Shown here in pieces: positions 45,535 to 58,029 of a DNA stretch of 64,000 bases. Each line of letters begins with the position of its first letter. Within the stretch, counting starts at the first letter, position 1. The stretch is taken from contig CP145424.1 of NCBI GenBank assembly GCA_036867785.1, forward strand, positions 434,001 to 498,000. The letters are read 5' to 3'. The stretch is from Plasmodiophora brassicae. Its lineage: Eukaryota. The translations under genes and the position numbers were made by a program. The notes beneath the pieces are model-generated. The model was not told where the DNA came from and made no database searches. It saw only the letters and a program-made list of their open reading frames with translations.

Positions 45535-48188
45535 CTAGGATACCGGTGAGCAGGTCGTTTCGCAATGGGGCCATCCATCGGCAGCCGCGAAGTCGTTATC
45601 GGTGAAGCTATTCGCAACGTTGGCCCAGTCCCACGAGGGATGTGGCCGGTACACAGTGTCTCGTGGACGAGGCTGTCGAATTATCTCGCCCAGGATGACA
45701 GCTAGGTTGGCGGCGGACAGACACGTCACGATACCGAAGAGGATGCTTCCGGCGAGCGCCAGCGTCCAACCCTGGAACGTGGCACTGGGCGAATCGAGGA
45801 CATCCTCGTCGTGGTCGGCACCAGCGGTAGGGCGACTGTCGGGCGCCCTCAGCAGTTTGTCGATCGCGACGGCGCCGATGATGCCAATCACGCCAGCCGC
45901 TACTGGCGCAAGTAGCCGCCGACGCTCGTGTACCGCGGGCAATGGAGATTCTTGCTCGGCTCGCCCATGGCCGAATGTAATCGCGGCAGCAGCAAGCGAC
46001 CCCAACGTTGCTGCAGGTAGCAGAAGCCGTTCCATGCCTGCCCTATGGCCCGTTCTAGGTGCAGCAGCGCGTTCAGCGGTCGACGAGTTCCACAGGGCAT
46101 CGTATTCAGCGTCGATCGCCGATATGATGTCAGATGCGAAGTCTGGGGCGTTCGGTTGCCGCAAGTCGGCACATGGAAACCTCGTCAGGTACAAAGCGGC
46201 GCGACGTCGACCCGCCCGGTCCACATGCCGATCTCGCCGAACCTTAGCCAGCTTAGCCCAGCGTGTGTCGTTACTGTGCTGGTCCCTCTGCAACAAAGTC
46301 AGCAAACAGGAGATGTGCATGAACACGTCCGGGCGTACCTCAATATGGTGCCTCCGTACAAGGAGAGCGTCGTTCGCGGCGCGGTGCTCCGGACGTTGAA
46401 CGTACCTCGTCAAGAGGAAGTCCACCACAGACAGAAGTTCAGGAGCGCCGCGATGCATCATGGACATACCCAGTGCACCGGTGGACGCGTTGAAAATCTC
46501 ACCATCGGGTAGATCATCGAGCGCCAGAGGATCACCAACCCATCCGGTGATACGGATGCCCATCATTGCATAATGCAGGAAACCATGTCCGTCCCCTCGA
46601 ACGGCGTTCTTAAGGGCGGTTTCGAAGTACGATGCCAGGACAAATCCGGTGTGGGCGCCCATGCAGGAGAGATCGGCGGCGAGTGTGTACGCCTTTTCGT
46701 CGTCCAACTCAGCAAGACACCGCCATTCCAGGAGCGGCACGATACGATCGCATGTAGCGTCGTCAAGGAGTGGAAGAAGGTGCCCGGCAAGGTCGGTTGA
46801 CGTCCAAGCGATGCCCAGTATTTCGGAAGGGCGTACCTTCGCGCTGACCGATTGCACAAAGACACGCCACGCACCCAGCCCCCAGAACGACGACGGCCCA
46901 AAGAGGCCCGCCTCGTCCTGACGTTCCTTCCGATGGAATTCGCCCTGTACCAGGTCCAACTGGTTCACCAGCGAAAGAGCTGGTTCTGGCAGACAGTCAT
47001 CCAGGGCAGCTAGAGCAGCGGCAAGCTCATCGTTTGTCGCGTTTGCGAGCTTATCGTTCAATATCTGAGTGAATGGCTCGAAAGCGGACGCCTCCAGCGC
47101 GACGCCCACCATGATCTCGAACAAGTCCATCTGCAGCAGCCCTTGGCGACCAATGTGGCGAACAGCGTTCGACCATGTACCGCGGGGTACTTTTCGCGAA
47201 TAGTCCCAATCAACAGAGACCATCAGCAGGAGCGTTGATACGTCGGCGGGCGTGACCAGACGATCGGAATTCCATCGATCCACAATGACGGAATCAGCCA
47301 TTTCCCTAAGACGTTCGGTCAGACGGGGATCAGGCCGAACAAGATGACGGCGCGTCCGTAGAGATAGCATCGCCTGACGGACCAACGCAGGGTGCTCCTT
47401 CGATGCCCATAGTGCCACTTCGACGTGGTACTTATCGACGGCTTTCTCAAAGTGTTCGTCAAAGTGGCCGCCCACCTGGGAGGGTTCCCGCTGCCCCAGC
47501 CACGTCGCCACGTGGGGCGGGACATGCAGTGGCGTCTGTGGCAGGCGGACGAATCGCCAGGAGGAGCCAGCGTCACCGGCAAGGACGGCATGGCCGAATG
47601 ACCGAAAGCAGTTTAGAACGGGAAACAGGAATACGTCGAAGAAGGCCTGCGGAGACGTTTTCTGTACATACTCGCGAACAGTGTCCATGATGTCTGTCAC
47701 GAGATCAGGCGTGAACTCTTCTGGTACAGTAGCCAGCATGCGGGTTAAGACGACGTTGGAGGCTACCGAAAGAGGGTGCCAATCATCATCATTACCAGAT
47801 AGGGAATCAGACAAAGGCAGTGCCCGCTTCCAGACCCACATCCATTGCCGCGCGCCCATCACTCTTGGCTCTTCGACGATAACTCTCACCGCTTGGTCCG
47901 CAGTGGTCACATTGACGCATACCTCGTCAGGCTGTGCGCTCGGATGGTTAGTATGCATGACTGGTGGACGCGACGTGAACCTTGTTGGGCAACCTTCGAA
48001 ATTCGGACACGTTCCGGGCCCGTGCTATCCGCAAGAAGGAACACCCCGAATCCGAAGACCCGTTTGACGGTAGTCCTGACTTGGGTGCCGTTGCGGTCCA
48101 CGAGACATTCGTCGCCGGCACCCCAGTAGGCAGCACTGGCCGCGCCTGCAGCAGCGACGACAGCAGTAAACAGCCAGACGACGCCCAT
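45535..48188 (-). CDS. Uncharacterised signal-peptide / C-terminal-TM protein family, copy B (divergent)
   Basis: MGVVWLFTAVVAAAGAASA signal. Intron 47993..47932 lies at the same position as in copies A and C. Long ORF with shared motifs SxDWDYSR, AGxFGP..FWGLGAWR and VPLLEWRCL. Confidence 0.8.
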
Positions 48189-48559
48189 CTACTGACTGAC
48201 GCCGCCGCAGTTGCCCGGCGCAGCTAAATTTGGACCGAACACTCGGCGGAACATCGGCACAGACAACAGGCGCAGGCAGACCGCGGCCGGCCGTTCGTCA
48301 CTGCCAGTCGCTGGATCGCCTTCCAGTTACCATGCACCCTAGCTGAATCCCAATTTTGGAACGCTCAATTGTTTGTGAGTCAGCAATAGCTACGGCAGTG
48401 GAACAAACGTTCCGGTTGGGTGAAGCGCGTTCCGGTGGCGGCCACGTCCCGGTACTTACGTTCAAGCGGCGGCAACCAGCAATTAATTTATGGCCATACG
48501 TGCTTAGAAGCTCATTGTTTCCCTACTCTGTTTTGACGCATGCGGTAAACGTATGTCAA

Positions 48560-50600
48560 CTGCTTGAGCCCGAAGGTTTCAGATGCGGTACCCAGGCCCC
48601 GGGTTCCAGAAAATGCCGTTTTCGGCGACCCAGGTCGCCGTCCGAAGGCCCGGCTGATTCCGAAGGAAGGCCTGGAGAAGGAATGTCCCTTGACGCAAGA
48701 ATTGGGCATACCGGAGCGTACGAAGATGAACAGAGCATGAGCGAAAGATGGAAATCAGGCTGGCGTCGGTATCGATAGCTACATATCCCGACATGGCCAC
48801 GGACTGCGATAACTGGAGGGACGATCACTCACATGGACTGCGCGGGTACCGCCAAAACCAGGCCTCGGACTCCGGGACGGCGTTGCCCCTGAGCTGGTTG
48901 TTGACCATACCTCGCGCATCGTGTCGCATCTGCTGTCTGCGATACGCCAACCTCTATTGGATTATGCAGACTAGTCAGTCTCATGAATACTGCTTGACGG
49001 CACTGAAGGCGGAGTTGGACCGGCTTGGCTTCGATCGAAATGATTTCGCGGGCTCGCTGAATCGCAATATGCAGTCTGTTGAGGAAGTGTTTGCGATTAT
49101 CAACAATTTCCTGGAGCGATGGCCGAAATGTGGGATTGTTGGAATGTACCGTACGAACTGCTCCAACATCTATCCAACGTTGACGTTGTTGAGCTCCCGG
49201 TCGTACCCATGTCGAGATCATCGGCTCATGTCACTGATTCGACGACTGAGACGATGCAACCCGCTGCGGACGCTCTCCGACGTAAGCATGCTGTTGTCGA
49301 CATTGTGGACGTACCCGCTTGTTGGACATCTTGTTCACGTACTAGGCCGCCTTCACATCAACAGGTCTGTTGTCCAGTTGGACACTGTCGCAGCATGATG
49401 CGTCGCGACAGTCTGCAATACCATATTGAGTCACAGCATTGCCATGTTCAAGTGGTGAACTCGAAAGGCAAACGGGCATCCAGTTCCACTTCCCAAACCT
49501 CGATCTTCAACTTCTTCAAGAAGCCACGTTTGGAGAACGAGCCCATCGCGATTGAAAGTGGAGGTATATATTCCTATGTAAGCATGCATGCACGATCTAG
49601 TTTCTGATATCATGTAATTTGTAGAAATTAATGCAGTGCTTGAGGAGAAATCATCTTGCCTGAATGTCCCTGTTGCTAATCCCTCTGCTCGCGTCGGCCG
49701 GACTGGATGTGTCTGCTCCAAATTTGCCGTTCGCCCAGGAATCTGCTGGCTTCTCTTCTGATCGTCATGATTCGTTCTCAAGTGCTAACCAACCCCCTCA
49801 TCATCCAGCTACTTCCTCATGTGCTGGCCAATCTCCTAACTGTCGTGGCTCCTCATCATGTGCTGACCCATCCTCTGATGGTTCTGCCACTCCTTCCGAT
49901 CATCCGGCCCTCGGTCTTCCTCATGGTTCGATGCTGAAAGGGATTTCGCTACAGTACGGCGGCAATCAAGGGCGGCGTTGCACTTCCCGTTTTACCAGTT
50001 ATGATTGAGCAACTCGAGACACTGAGGCTTCGACTTGTTTCCAAATCGAGAAGTGCCGGGTGGTGCGGGAGCGTCATCCGCGGCCAACCAGGCACCAGTA
50101 TTCTGAAACATGTCTTTACCGATGAGAATATCTACGATGGAATCCCGGATATATTGTACTTGCTCCAACACTCTGAAGATCGGGAACGAGGCTGTTGTCG
50201 AGGGCGTCATCAGTCGCCACGCAGCTGCCGGCCGCCATTTGTCGCCTGAGACTGTGGCCGACGAGGCCTTCATTGATTACAATGGCCCGGCGCCCACAAA
50301 TGCCGACAGCATTCTCAGTGACGTCCTCGACATGTACTTCAAGGATAACAAGCACCACATTTCGCAGACGTCGTACGGACGTCTCACTTCGCGGTAACAG
50401 GTAAAGTGGTTTCCCGCATGCTTGCCCGTCGGGATGCGAAGATCCTGAATTTGGAGACGTCCAAATAAACTTTACCGAGCATTGCCGGGGTAACGTATGC
50501 ACTATGGCGCATAATACACTTACCCTATTCCGAAGGACCGGCTGGCACCCATCCGAAGGCCGACGATGGGGAATAGCCTTCGGACGGAGGCCGACTCGAA
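48560..50600 (+). mobile_element. Degenerate hAT-like transposon remnant
   Basis: Fragments: SIATYPDMATD, a C2H2-like CPVGHC...HIESQH followed by QTSIFNFFKK, and NEAVVEG..SRH...LS..EAFIDYNGP resembling the hAT C-terminal dimerisation region. Repeated CCGAAGG motifs lie near both ends. Confidence 0.45.
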
Positions 50601-50752
50601 AAGCACTTTCTGGAAGCCGGCCCAGGCCGTGCACTGGGACTAGCTCGACTGACCGTCGTCGGGCCACGCTACATGGTTTACGACCCAGCCGATACATACA
50701 ATATGTTCATCCATGGACTGTGCTGCGCAACTCTTGCAGACACATCAGCCCC

Positions 50753-53381
50753 CTAGGCCGGCCATCCATCAGCGACCGCGAAATCGTTGTCAGTGAGGGT
50801 GTTGGCCACGTTTGTCCAGTCCCAGGTGGCAGGTGGCCGATAGACAATGTCCCGTGGACGAGGCTGCCTTGCGAACTCCTTCAGGATAATAGCGAGGTTG
50901 ATGGCACACAGCAACGTCACGATGCCGAATATGATGCATCCGCCGTGCACCATCATCCAATCAGCAAACGTCGTTTCTGAGGAGTCGAAATCCTCCCCAG
51001 TAACGTCGTGTGGAGAAATGCGCTCCGGGACTCTGATGAGCATCCTCTCGACAGCGGCTCCTCCTAAGGCACCAACCGCCCAAGCAACAATTGGCATTAG
51101 TCGTTCTCGGCGTTTCGAACGTGCTGGGACAGATGGTTCAGGAGAGGGTCGACGTCCTCGACTATAAGCAATCGCAGCGGCGGACAGCATCCCTAAAGTC
51201 GTTGCTGGTAGCAGAAACCCTTGGGCAGGGCGGGACACTGTTTCAGTGTTCGTGGTTCTGCGATCATCAGGCAAACTGGGGACGGACGTCGGGGGAATCT
51301 CGTTCCACAGCGCGTTATACCCAATATCGATCGCCGAGAGGGCATGAGGCATTTCCAGCTTGGGGTTCGGTGCCAGCAGGCGGGAACACGGGAACCTTGC
51401 CAGGTAGAGAGCAGCCCGACACCGACCACTTAGGTTGGCGATACGATCACGCCGAAGGTTATCGAGCGCGGCCCAGCGAGTAAATTGCCTTGGTTCCGAG
51501 GTCGGCCTTGCTTGAATATGGACCATCTGCGTAACCACCTCGAATACCATTTGTGACTTCTGATGCAAATGAAGGGCGTCAGCTAGAAACTGCGCCACGA
51601 ATAGGAGACCTGGCAGTCCAGGATCACACGCGATGGTGCCGATAGTCCAGTGGAATACCTTAACAAGGGTATCATAAGGAAGGCTCTGCAGGGGAAGCGG
51701 CTTCCCGGAAGATCTCGTGATACTGTAGCCCATTAGCGCATAGCACAGGTCAGCGTTATCGGACACATTCCCGTGGATCGCGTCCCAGATGACGGATTCA
51801 AATGCAGATGCCAGGAGAGGGGTAGGGCCGGCGCCCAGACTCGTGATATTGACAGCGAACTCGTAAGCCTTCACGATGGACTCCTCGCCCAGACATCGCC
51901 ACTCCAGTAACGGGACGACGCGATCACAGTCGGAGTCTGTCAGGACAGGAAGAAGAGATAGGGAAAGGTTGTTTAACGACCGTCCGGGTACGGAGAGGAC
52001 GTTCGTCGGGCTTAAGGATTCGCCAATCACTGAAACGAAAGCGCGCCAGGCACCCAGGCCCCAGAGGCGTGGCGGTCCGAAGAACCCTGCTTCGGCTTGG
52101 CGTTCAGGTCGATTAAACTCGCTGACAACAATATCCAGATGGTTAACCCGTGAACGAGCCGGCTCTGACAGACAGTTATCCAGGACCGCGAGCACAGTCG
52201 CGAATTCCGTGTTGTCAGAGGTCCTGATCTTCTCCTTCACCGCCTCAGCGAATGCGTCCAGAGTGACCCCGAGCCCGGCGCCAATCATCATTTCGAGCAG
52301 GTCAATTTGCAAAAGAGCTCGGGGCCCGAGTTGCTGAATGGCACCGGCCAATGTTTGGAGAGGGACGTGCCGCGAGTAATCCCAGTCAATGAATATCATC
52401 AGCAAAAGCGTGGATACGTCTTCCAGCGTCGCGATGCGACCTGAATCCCGCCGCTCTAAGATGGAATCGGCGATTTGTTGCAACTCCTGGACGAGCGGAC
52501 GAGGTACATCCCGACGGTTTCTTACCAAGGACAACGCCGCCTGATGAACCAATTCAGGGTGTTCACTGGGTGCCCACAGCGCGCACTCAATTGAGTACCC
52601 AAGTACAGCAGAGGAAAACGAGGAATATACACCGCCCCACTGGTACGTTTCAGATACCTCTAGCCACTTTGCATGCGCAGTCGAGTAATTGGTCGGGATG
52701 AAGAGCGGAGATCTGGACAGGCGGACGAACTGTCCGAAGTATGTGTTACTGTCTGGGTCGCCCCCGTTGACAATCGCAAGACCAAATGAACGAAACATGC
52801 TCAGCACTACACAGCTTGTCCAGAAGCGTTGAGGTGCTGACTGACGAGAACTTCGATGAACGCGGTGTAAGTTCAAGATGACCATGAGTTTGTCGATGAG
52901 GTCTGGTGTGATTTCGTCGGTCACGTTAATGATGAGACGCTCGCAGGCGACCACGACGTCTGACTGTAACCATTCCGGTATGTTCGTGTCGGAACCCCGA
53001 GCGTCCGTCAAGTCTAACATGCGTTGCAATATCGTCATCAATTGCCGAGCGCTGAGTCGAAGGTCGAGCAGCGCCTGCCGCGCTTGATCCAGGGTGGTCA
53101 CATTTACGAACACTTCGTTGGGCTGTCGCGAAACAGTTAGAACGTTCGCTGGTTTGACGCAATGTGAATCATGTGCCTGGCATCACCTTCGTAATCCTGA
53201 CCCGTTCTGGGACCACGCTGTCGGCGAGACGAAACACCCCGAATCCAAAAACCTGCTCGACGACCGTCCTGACGGCGGTGCCATTGCGGTCGACATAACA
53301 TTCATCACCGGGTTCCCAGTAGGCGGCACTCGTCACGCCTGCAACGGCGGCGATCGCAGCAAACACCCACACGGCGTCCAT
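50753..53381 (-). CDS. Uncharacterised signal-peptide / C-terminal-TM protein family, copy C
   Basis: ATG 53381 gives MDAVWVFAAIAAVAG. Intron 53186..53123. The second exon is an open 786-aa frame and a close paralog of copy A. Confidence 0.8.
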
Positions 53382-54131
53382 CACGACGTGGTCCTGACCT
53401 GGCGGCGCAGTTTCCCCAACTGGCGCTAAAGTTAGACCGAACACTCGGCGGCTTGACTGACGGTTTGTTGCATGCCAAAACAGCCGGTACTGTTCCGCGC
53501 GCGGTCATCGATCTGCCAGTCAAGCACGCGCGCAAGGCGGCCAGTGTTACGCGTTCTGTGTCCGACGACTGTACGGGCACAGGGCACTGAAGCTGACAGG
53601 GTCCCCGTGTGGCGGTTGCTGGGATGAGATACTGAGAGGCTGAGGTACTTTCGTGACAGCCTGGCAAACAACGTCAGTGCACAAGGACGCCGATTTTGAG
53701 GATATCGTGTTTCAGCGCTCTATCTAAAGGCTTTCTATAGAACAGCAACAAGCTCAGACGGCGCGCGGATGGCGAACGACGCGAGCTTCGCGCGTCACCT
53801 GCAGCGGATATACGTACCCGAACGAAGAAGCAAGGGGCGATGAGGCATACGCTCGCTAACGATGATCTCCCATAAGGCCATAACTGACGGCACTGTCCGA
53901 TCGATGGCACCCAATGCTGTTATGGAGGTACATATGTCGTGGCTGCAGGCTGCCTCGTTGACAGGGCCCGTCTGGATGATCTCCTGTTGGAAATCACGCA
54001 ATGCCAAGGCGGAGCGGGTCGATGCCGAGCTACGGCGCGCAAACGTAATAGCACTTAATCTCCCACATATAAATTGTTTAGAATCGGGCGTGTGCACGCT
54101 AGCATAGCGACATCGACTCACGCAACTTCAA

Positions 54132-54226
54132 CCGATGGTTAACCGGTCGTTTAACCGGTTAACCGGTTAAACCCCAGGCCCGGACCGGTTAACCGCGGAC
54201 CGGATCGTGGTCAGTGGCCACCCCTA
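54132..54226. repeat. AACCGGTT-rich hAT-like terminus (ends ...CACCCCTA)
   Basis: Clustered ccggttaaccgg palindromes. The reverse complement begins TAGGGGTG. Confidence 0.55.
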
Positions 54227-54416
54227 GTTGGCATCTGACCCTCAACCCCCCTTGTGTTCGTGTTGGGGATGACGACCATGACGACCAGACAGCGGCGGAG
54301 GGTCGACGAGGACTACCATGGCCAGTCCGACCTGCGGCTATACCAAACCATCCATCACACGATTTGCTCTTTAATCAGTAAATTTGCGCAACTAATTGGG
54401 ACAAGATGCAACACGC

Positions 54417-56463
54417 TCAGTCTATAGCGAGTTCGGCCGCCCGACGACACTGCCCGCATTGACTTTTCTGCCTTTGGTGGGCGCAGAGACCCTTGCCACC
54501 ACAGGCGTTGCACCGGTATTTATTCTTGTTGTGCTTGCAAATGCTGCTTCCTCGACACTCCAGGCAGTGTGCCTCCGTCGGGCGTGCGGACAAATGCCTT
54601 TCCCTCCACAATCTCCGCATTTGTAGGTCTGTCTTCGATGCACACAGGTGCTGGGACCGCCACACATCGTGCAATCCCATTTCCGTCGTCCATGCGGTTC
54701 ACAGAACTTGTGCGGACTGCAGATCTTGCAGTTATAAGGTGCCTTTCGCCCATGCTCACATTTCTCACCGGGACGTCGGGGTCGACTCCCATGAGGTTTC
54801 GGCAGCCCTTGCTGCAAGTACTGTAAACCGCTCATGCTGATAGATTCTTCAGTGGTACCTTGAGCCCGCACTGGTTCAGTTGGGAACGGGACAGCAGTGC
54901 AGCGGTCGTAGCTGGATGCAGGGAGCGACTGCAGGGAAGGGGGTTCGCTTATCCCATTGAGGGTGCCGTAGCCGCCTTCACGAATCTGAGCCGGATTCAG
55001 TTCAGCCGGAAGGAACATATTCCAGGCGTATTGGTCGGCGCCGACTTGATTCTGCAAGCACTGCATCGATTGCAAGACAATGCAGTCAGCTGCGGAAACC
55101 ACATTGGAAGGCGCCGTTTCCGTCCAGTGTCCACTGTGCGATCCCTGTAAAACTAGAGAGGACAGGGGACAGCAGTCGGCATCGTCGGAGATACGTGCCA
55201 CGGCGGGGGAACGAGAGGCGATACGAGAGGTGTCTATGGAGTGAGTATCAATGGGAGTGTCCCCGATGGCGTAAGCCGGCCATGTGCTCAGAGCGGTGTC
55301 AGGTGGTATAACTTGGTGCGACTGTAACCCAATTTGAATGGAGCCGATTGGAGAGTGAAAAGCATTGGGGAAATGCCCTTCAGAGTTGATAAAAGATAGC
55401 AGATCGATACCAGAAAGGACGGATGACACCCCTGGCACATCATTCCCGATGCTGGAGACGACATTGCCAGCAGGAGATGTTGACCAGACGCCATGTTCGC
55501 CATGCCAGGGGTGTACCGAAAGATGAACGTCAGTGGGAGGGCACAGCTCGTTGGAGTTAAAAGGAGAGGGAACCTGTTCATATGCATGGGCGGATGGCAA
55601 GGGGAAATGCCCTTCAGAGTCGATAAAAGTGGGCAGATCCATATCAGAAAGGACGGATGATATATACCCCTGGCACATCATTTCCGATGCTGGAGGCGTC
55701 GACATTGCCAGGGGGAGATGTTGACCAGAGGCCATGTTCGTCATACCAGGGGTCTACCGAAAAATGAACGTCAGTGGGAGGACACGCGTTGGAGTTAAAA
55801 GGAGAGGGAAATTCTTCATCTGCACGGGCGGATGGCAATAATGGCACACTGATTGGTGACGATAGCACGTTTCCGTTGCTAGTTTCGCCATCGACAGCTG
55901 ACGGAACGCCATAGCAGATTACACGGTCGCTTGAGAGAAGGTCTGGACAGTGCCGCGGCAGGTATTCACAAGAGGGCGACTGCTCCAACACGATTTGGTC
56001 AGCTTCAGGTTGCGGGTCGGCTGGAATAATTTGGTTGTGGATAATTGATTCAGGATGCCAGGCGTGGACGTTGCCGACAGAAATCTCCACGTTATCGCCA
56101 AGTGGTCTCCAATCGGATACCGCTCCTAATGCCGCCTGGTACTGAGCGCTTCCGTCGATGACGTCGTCATCGGTGGCTGAATGGGCTTGTAGAAAAGTAC
56201 GATCACCGAGGTCTATATGGACGGCCACATGTTGTCAGGTAGGAGGCAAACAATGAACGTACACAGCGTCACTGACGGTGCAATATGATGGAGTTGAGCG
56301 ATACGTCAGACTGGGTCCAGCTGACGTCTGCTGTCGGAGCCAGCGAGCATTCAGCACCGGTACCTGCACCGAGATGGGAATCCCTCTGCGATATCACCGG
56401 TGTCACAAACGTCAGCTGGCATGCCACCAGGACGACTGCAAGTGTCGTTGCCCACGATGTCAT
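54417..56463 (-). pseudogene. Copy 3 of secreted Cys/His-repeat protein family (frameshifted)
   Basis: ATG 56463 gives MTSWATTLAVVLVACQL. Intron 56276..56213. A 4-nt insertion near 55660 and a 1-nt deletion near 54570 relative to copy 2 break the frame. It also carries an internal ~60-aa duplication. Confidence 0.75.
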
Positions 56464-56581
56464 TCCACACGCGCTGATTCCAGATTTGCAAAATATAATC
56501 CGGCGCAATTCTGAGTCTGTCGGGCTGTCTCTTGGCATATTAGGGCATGTTCCATAGAGCAAGGCTGGCAGGGACATCCGG

Positions 56582-56672
56582 TAGGGATTCTCATTTTGCG
56601 GTTCCGGTTACCGGTTAACCGGTTAAGCTCCAGAGCAGGGCCGGTTAAGTGTTAACCGCGGTTAACCGGCCT
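56582..56672. repeat. AACCGGTT-rich hAT-like terminus (begins TAGGGAT)
   Basis: TAGGGATTCTC followed by repeated ccggttaacc motifs. Confidence 0.5.
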
Positions 56673-56800
56673 CCTGAGACCTTCGGGAGACGCTCGCACT
56701 CTATAAAGTGTGCAACTGGCGCATTTCTGTGAGATCGACTGCGCTGGCAAGGTTTGCGAGAGTCAGCCGCCAACCCCTGACCGCCCCAGTAGGAGTGGCA

Positions 56801-57966
56801 ATGCCCAAAAGTACGTTTGTATTCCTCTACGTCATTCGGGATAATTGTCGTGCGGTGGATGGAGCGGCGGCAGCCTGGGCGCCGCGTCGTGACGCCCCTG
56901 AATCGAGTGGTGGCGGATCCGCCGACGAGTCCAGGGGCGGCGGCCAGCACGAGCGTGACGTATGGGACGGTGCGAGGCGGAGGATTCACTGCAAACTGTC
57001 TGAAGCGGGTGCAGTCCAGAACGGGTTCGCTACGTTGCCATCCGCCGGGTGTTCATCGACTACCTATTCCACATTTGCCATGTACTATTGCAAACGATTA
57101 CAGTCATTTGGCCTCTGATGGTCGACTTTGTTGACTGAAGGTCCATCATCAATCCGCCGCGACCAAATTCAATGCATTGGCGTTGCTTCGAACGTTCATC
57201 AGGTCTGGTAGCGAGTAATGTGATGACGCCCAGTCACGAAGAAGTGTGGTGCAGTGCCCAGAGAGACAATGGGTCGAGGCTCCACCTGGCACGGTCCGCG
57301 TCCACGAACGTGATCATCTACGCATCGTTGATCATATCGAGCAAGGTCGGCGCGGACTAACTCTACGTTCTAGTTGGTGTCTTTCAAAGCCTCATTGTGC
57401 AGTACTTCGAGACGACGCGGTATCGGCTGTCTCAGAAAACGCTGTGGGATGACCTCGTCGCGAACCATCCAACAAAGAAAATACCGTTCTCAAAGAGTGA
57501 TCTGATCAAGGCGGAATTCGAGCTGTTGAAAGCCGTTGACTTCCATGTTGACATGCATGGACGTTCTTCGTACTTCTGGGCATCGGCAGTTGCCATGCAG
57601 TGTGAATGGCCTCTAGAAGACGTCCTCGAGGTTGGCACGTTCAGTTCAACAATGGCTAGTCGGTGATCTACTGAACGACGTTTAGATTAACGAATACTTG
57701 GACGAAATGTTAAGCATTGCTGTCCTTGATCACGAAGTCGAAGACGGAAACCATATCGCGCTTGATGCGCTTGTAATCGTCTAGTGTCCTTCTTGCTGGA
57801 GCACTCCTCATACTCCGTTCAGATGCTCCAATGTGCTTTGACCATCTACGGGCGGCGTCATCATGTCGCCAGGTTCGCTGTTGAGGAAATACTTGCAGAG
57901 GCAGCTGGCCTTTCTGTGGCACAGCTTGCACTTGAGGCGCGGATAGCACTCAAGTCCATATGCTAG
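56801..57966 (+). CDS. Cyclin-box-like protein (multi-exon)
   Basis: IYASLIISSK|YFE...FSKSDLIKAEFELLKAVDFHV resembles the cyclin N-domain. Start and exon structure are approximate. Confidence 0.55.
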
Positions 57967-58029
57967 CTGGCTAGACCAATAGAGTGTATTGAACGATAAC
58001 TATTCTTTCCATAGTCACAGTTCAGCCAA

